Below are positions 15,706-17,383 of a stretch of 17,383 nucleotides of DNA, piece after piece. Position 1 is the first letter of the stretch. Every line of letters starts with the position of its first letter. Origin of the DNA: Promethearchaeota archaeon Loki_b32 (GTDB lineage Archaea; Asgardarchaeota; Lokiarchaeia; Sigyniarchaeales; SOKP01). The notes under the pieces were generated by a model. It was not told the origin of the DNA, searched no databases, and saw nothing but the letters and a program-made list of their open reading frames with translations. Made by a program: the position numbers and the translations under genes. The stretch lies in contig NJBH01000054.1 in NCBI GenBank assembly GCA_005223125.1, positions 1 to 17,383 on the forward strand, read 5' to 3'.

Positions 15706-16959
15706 TTAAATTGATATCTCTCCTTTAAATTCTAAGTGTATCTTAAATTCATCCTGAACAAATTCAATTAATTTTTTAAAAAATTTTGGTAGGATTTCTT
15801 TTATAGTATCTGGAGGATAATCTTTTTTTAACATAATTTCGTATTTATCATTTTTTTCAATATCCCAAGTTAAATGAGCATAATTGGGAATTAACTTGAA
15901 TCTTTTATAATTAAAATAAATTGGGAGATCATCGAAATCACTTCCGGGAGGTGCAGATTCCTTTATAGAAATACCGAAATATTTCTGCATTTCCATTGAA
16001 TCTCGAATAGTTCTGGAGAATAACATTGATGTTCCTGCTTTAGATTTATACAATCGAATAAAAAGTCTCGTTAATTCATCAAATAATTGTTGTATTTTTT
16101 CTTTTTCATTACTTAATCTAATTTCATCAGGATCAGATTCGGTTATAGTCATAATATTAAAATTTCCTTCTTTTAACCAATTGGTTCCATCCTTTTTTAT
16201 AAGGCATCCAGCTGAAGCTAATCTATTAGCTAAGTTTTTCCGGGCTTCAGAAGAGCCATCAAAACGAAGGAGGTGTCTGCCAGAGATATCGCTAAATTTC
16301 CTTACTTGACCAATCTCAATTAGGACAGTTCTATCGGGATCTCTTCCATAAGCCATCCCTGCTTCGAACAATACATTAGGTCGAGACTGACCTGTAAATT
16401 TTTTCTCAAAATCAGGATCCTCCTCTCTCTGAAATTCCAGTTTTAACCTGACTTCATCATCTGGAGTAAATATTACGAGAATTGCTTGAACATTATTATA
16501 AGCTTCAATTAAAATCTCATCTATATGAGGATTTGGTTTACCGGTCATTTTTATTGCTTCTTCCCATTCAATGGGATTCAAATCGATAGCTTTTAAAAAT
16601 TTAAACATTGCGTTTCTGTTATCCTTATCGCGCCCATGAACAACAAAAACAGACCTTTTGTTAATATCCTTGAAATTGTCGTTTGTATTCTGTTCTTGCT
16701 TAATTTCATTAATTGAAATATTTAATGATTCCTGAAGTATTCTATCTCCCAAAGGTTTTAATACATCCAAACATTCTTCTAAAATTTTACTGTGAATATG
16801 ATGTTTATAACCGTATGAATCCCATACCCCATATTCAGAGTTCTCTCTATAAATTTTTTTTCCTAATTCAATAATTAATGGTAAATTTTTAATATCTCTG
16901 ACAGCTTTATCATCTAATCCATAATTTACTAATTTTATTCCTCTATTTATCCTTTCCAT
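15706..16959 (-). CDS. Cap12/Pycsar-type TIR-like domain protein (putative NADase) with uncharacterised N- and C-terminal domains
   Basis: VFVVHGRD, IEWE, AILVIFTPDD, QSRPNVLFEAG (catalytic Glu) and FSDISG are hallmarks of the TIR-like nucleotide-binding family. Confidence 0.88.
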   Translation of the reverse strand: MERINRGIKLVNYGLDDKAVRDIKNLPLIIELGKKIYRENSEYGVWDSYGYKHHIHSKILEECLDVLKPLGDRILQESLNISINEIKQEQNTNDNFKDINKRSVFVVHGRDKDNRNAMFKFLKAIDLNPIEWEEAIKMTGKPNPHIDEILIEAYNNVQAILVIFTPDDEVRLKLEFQREEDPDFEKKFTGQSRPNVLFEAGMAYGRDPDRTVLIEIGQVRKFSDISGRHLLRFDGSSEARKNLANRLASAGCLIKKDGTNWLKEGNFNIMTITESDPDEIRLSNEKEKIQQLFDELTRLFIRLYKSKAGTSMLFSRTIRDSMEMQKYFGISIKESAPPGSDFDDLPIYFNYKRFKLIPNYAHLTWDIEKNDKYEIMLKKDYPPDTIKEILPKFFKKLIEFVQDEFKIHLEFKGEISI

Positions 16960-17349
16960 ATATTCTAATACTTCGGTAATTAAGATTGAAAATTTTATTT
17001 GAATTAGTTGCTTTTTAATGCAAATTCACCAAGTCTATGTAATAACGATATAATTTTTCTATTTTCTTATAGAAACAATAGTAATAAAATGATAAAAACA
17101 TATATTTTTTCAAAAAAATATTTTTGATACTAATGCCAAAAGGTTACAAAAGATAATCTGGAGGTTATTTAGACATATTTTAAATTTCTAAAAATCCTAT
17201 GTCTAAATATTAATTTCAATCATTTGATTTTTAAACTTTTTTTTCGGTTTTTTTTTCTTTAGTGTCAAACAACACTCACCCGACAAAAATAAATAGGCTC
17301 GTTAAGCTTAATAGAAAGATTTATCTTCGTTAAATCCTTATCTTATTTA

Positions 17350-17383
17350 ATGCCAGCAAAACCTTCTGAAATTAAAAAAGCTA
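17350..17383 (+). CDS. Start of a gene running off the right edge (MPAKPSEIKKA...)
   Basis: ATG at 17350 open to the edge. Only 11 codons; weakly reminiscent of HicA-type toxin N-termini. Confidence 0.3.
   Translation, partial: MPAKPSEIKKA

Noticed and set aside
1-17383. CRISPR array, rRNA, tRNA, transposase or integrase
   Set aside because: No regularly spaced repeats, cloverleafs or recombinase/transposase motifs seen.

Overview
AT-rich archaeal window; gene content and style suggest Asgard archaea (Lokiarchaeia-like, an inference). Left to right: (1) an arsenic-resistance cluster with arsR divergent from acr3, a 59-aa Cys/His-rich peptide missing from the ORF track, a CxC thioredoxin-like protein and a truncated beta-grasp (MoaD/ubiquitin-like) candidate; (2) a Cys-rich DUF2769-like gene missing from the ORF track because a 30-nt insert with an in-frame TAA interrupts it. 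The insert folds into a near-canonical bulge-helix-bulge (BHB), and cleavage at the standard endonuclease positions restores the frame exactly. This candidate tRNA-type intron in an mRNA is the top finding; (3) a putative operon of a degenerate AAA+ protein, an SMC ATPase with SMC5/6-like motifs and an ScpA-like kleisin; (4) a PAS-PAS histidine kinase; (5) a recombination scar made of a 162-bp, 90%-identical kleisin gene fragment fused to an MglA-like small GTPase pseudogene fragment; (6) a probable defence island with a PD-(D/E)xK nuclease, an Abi_C/HEPN-like protein, a HEPN protein and a Cap12/Pycsar-type TIR protein. All family calls come from motif recognition by eye, not database searches.
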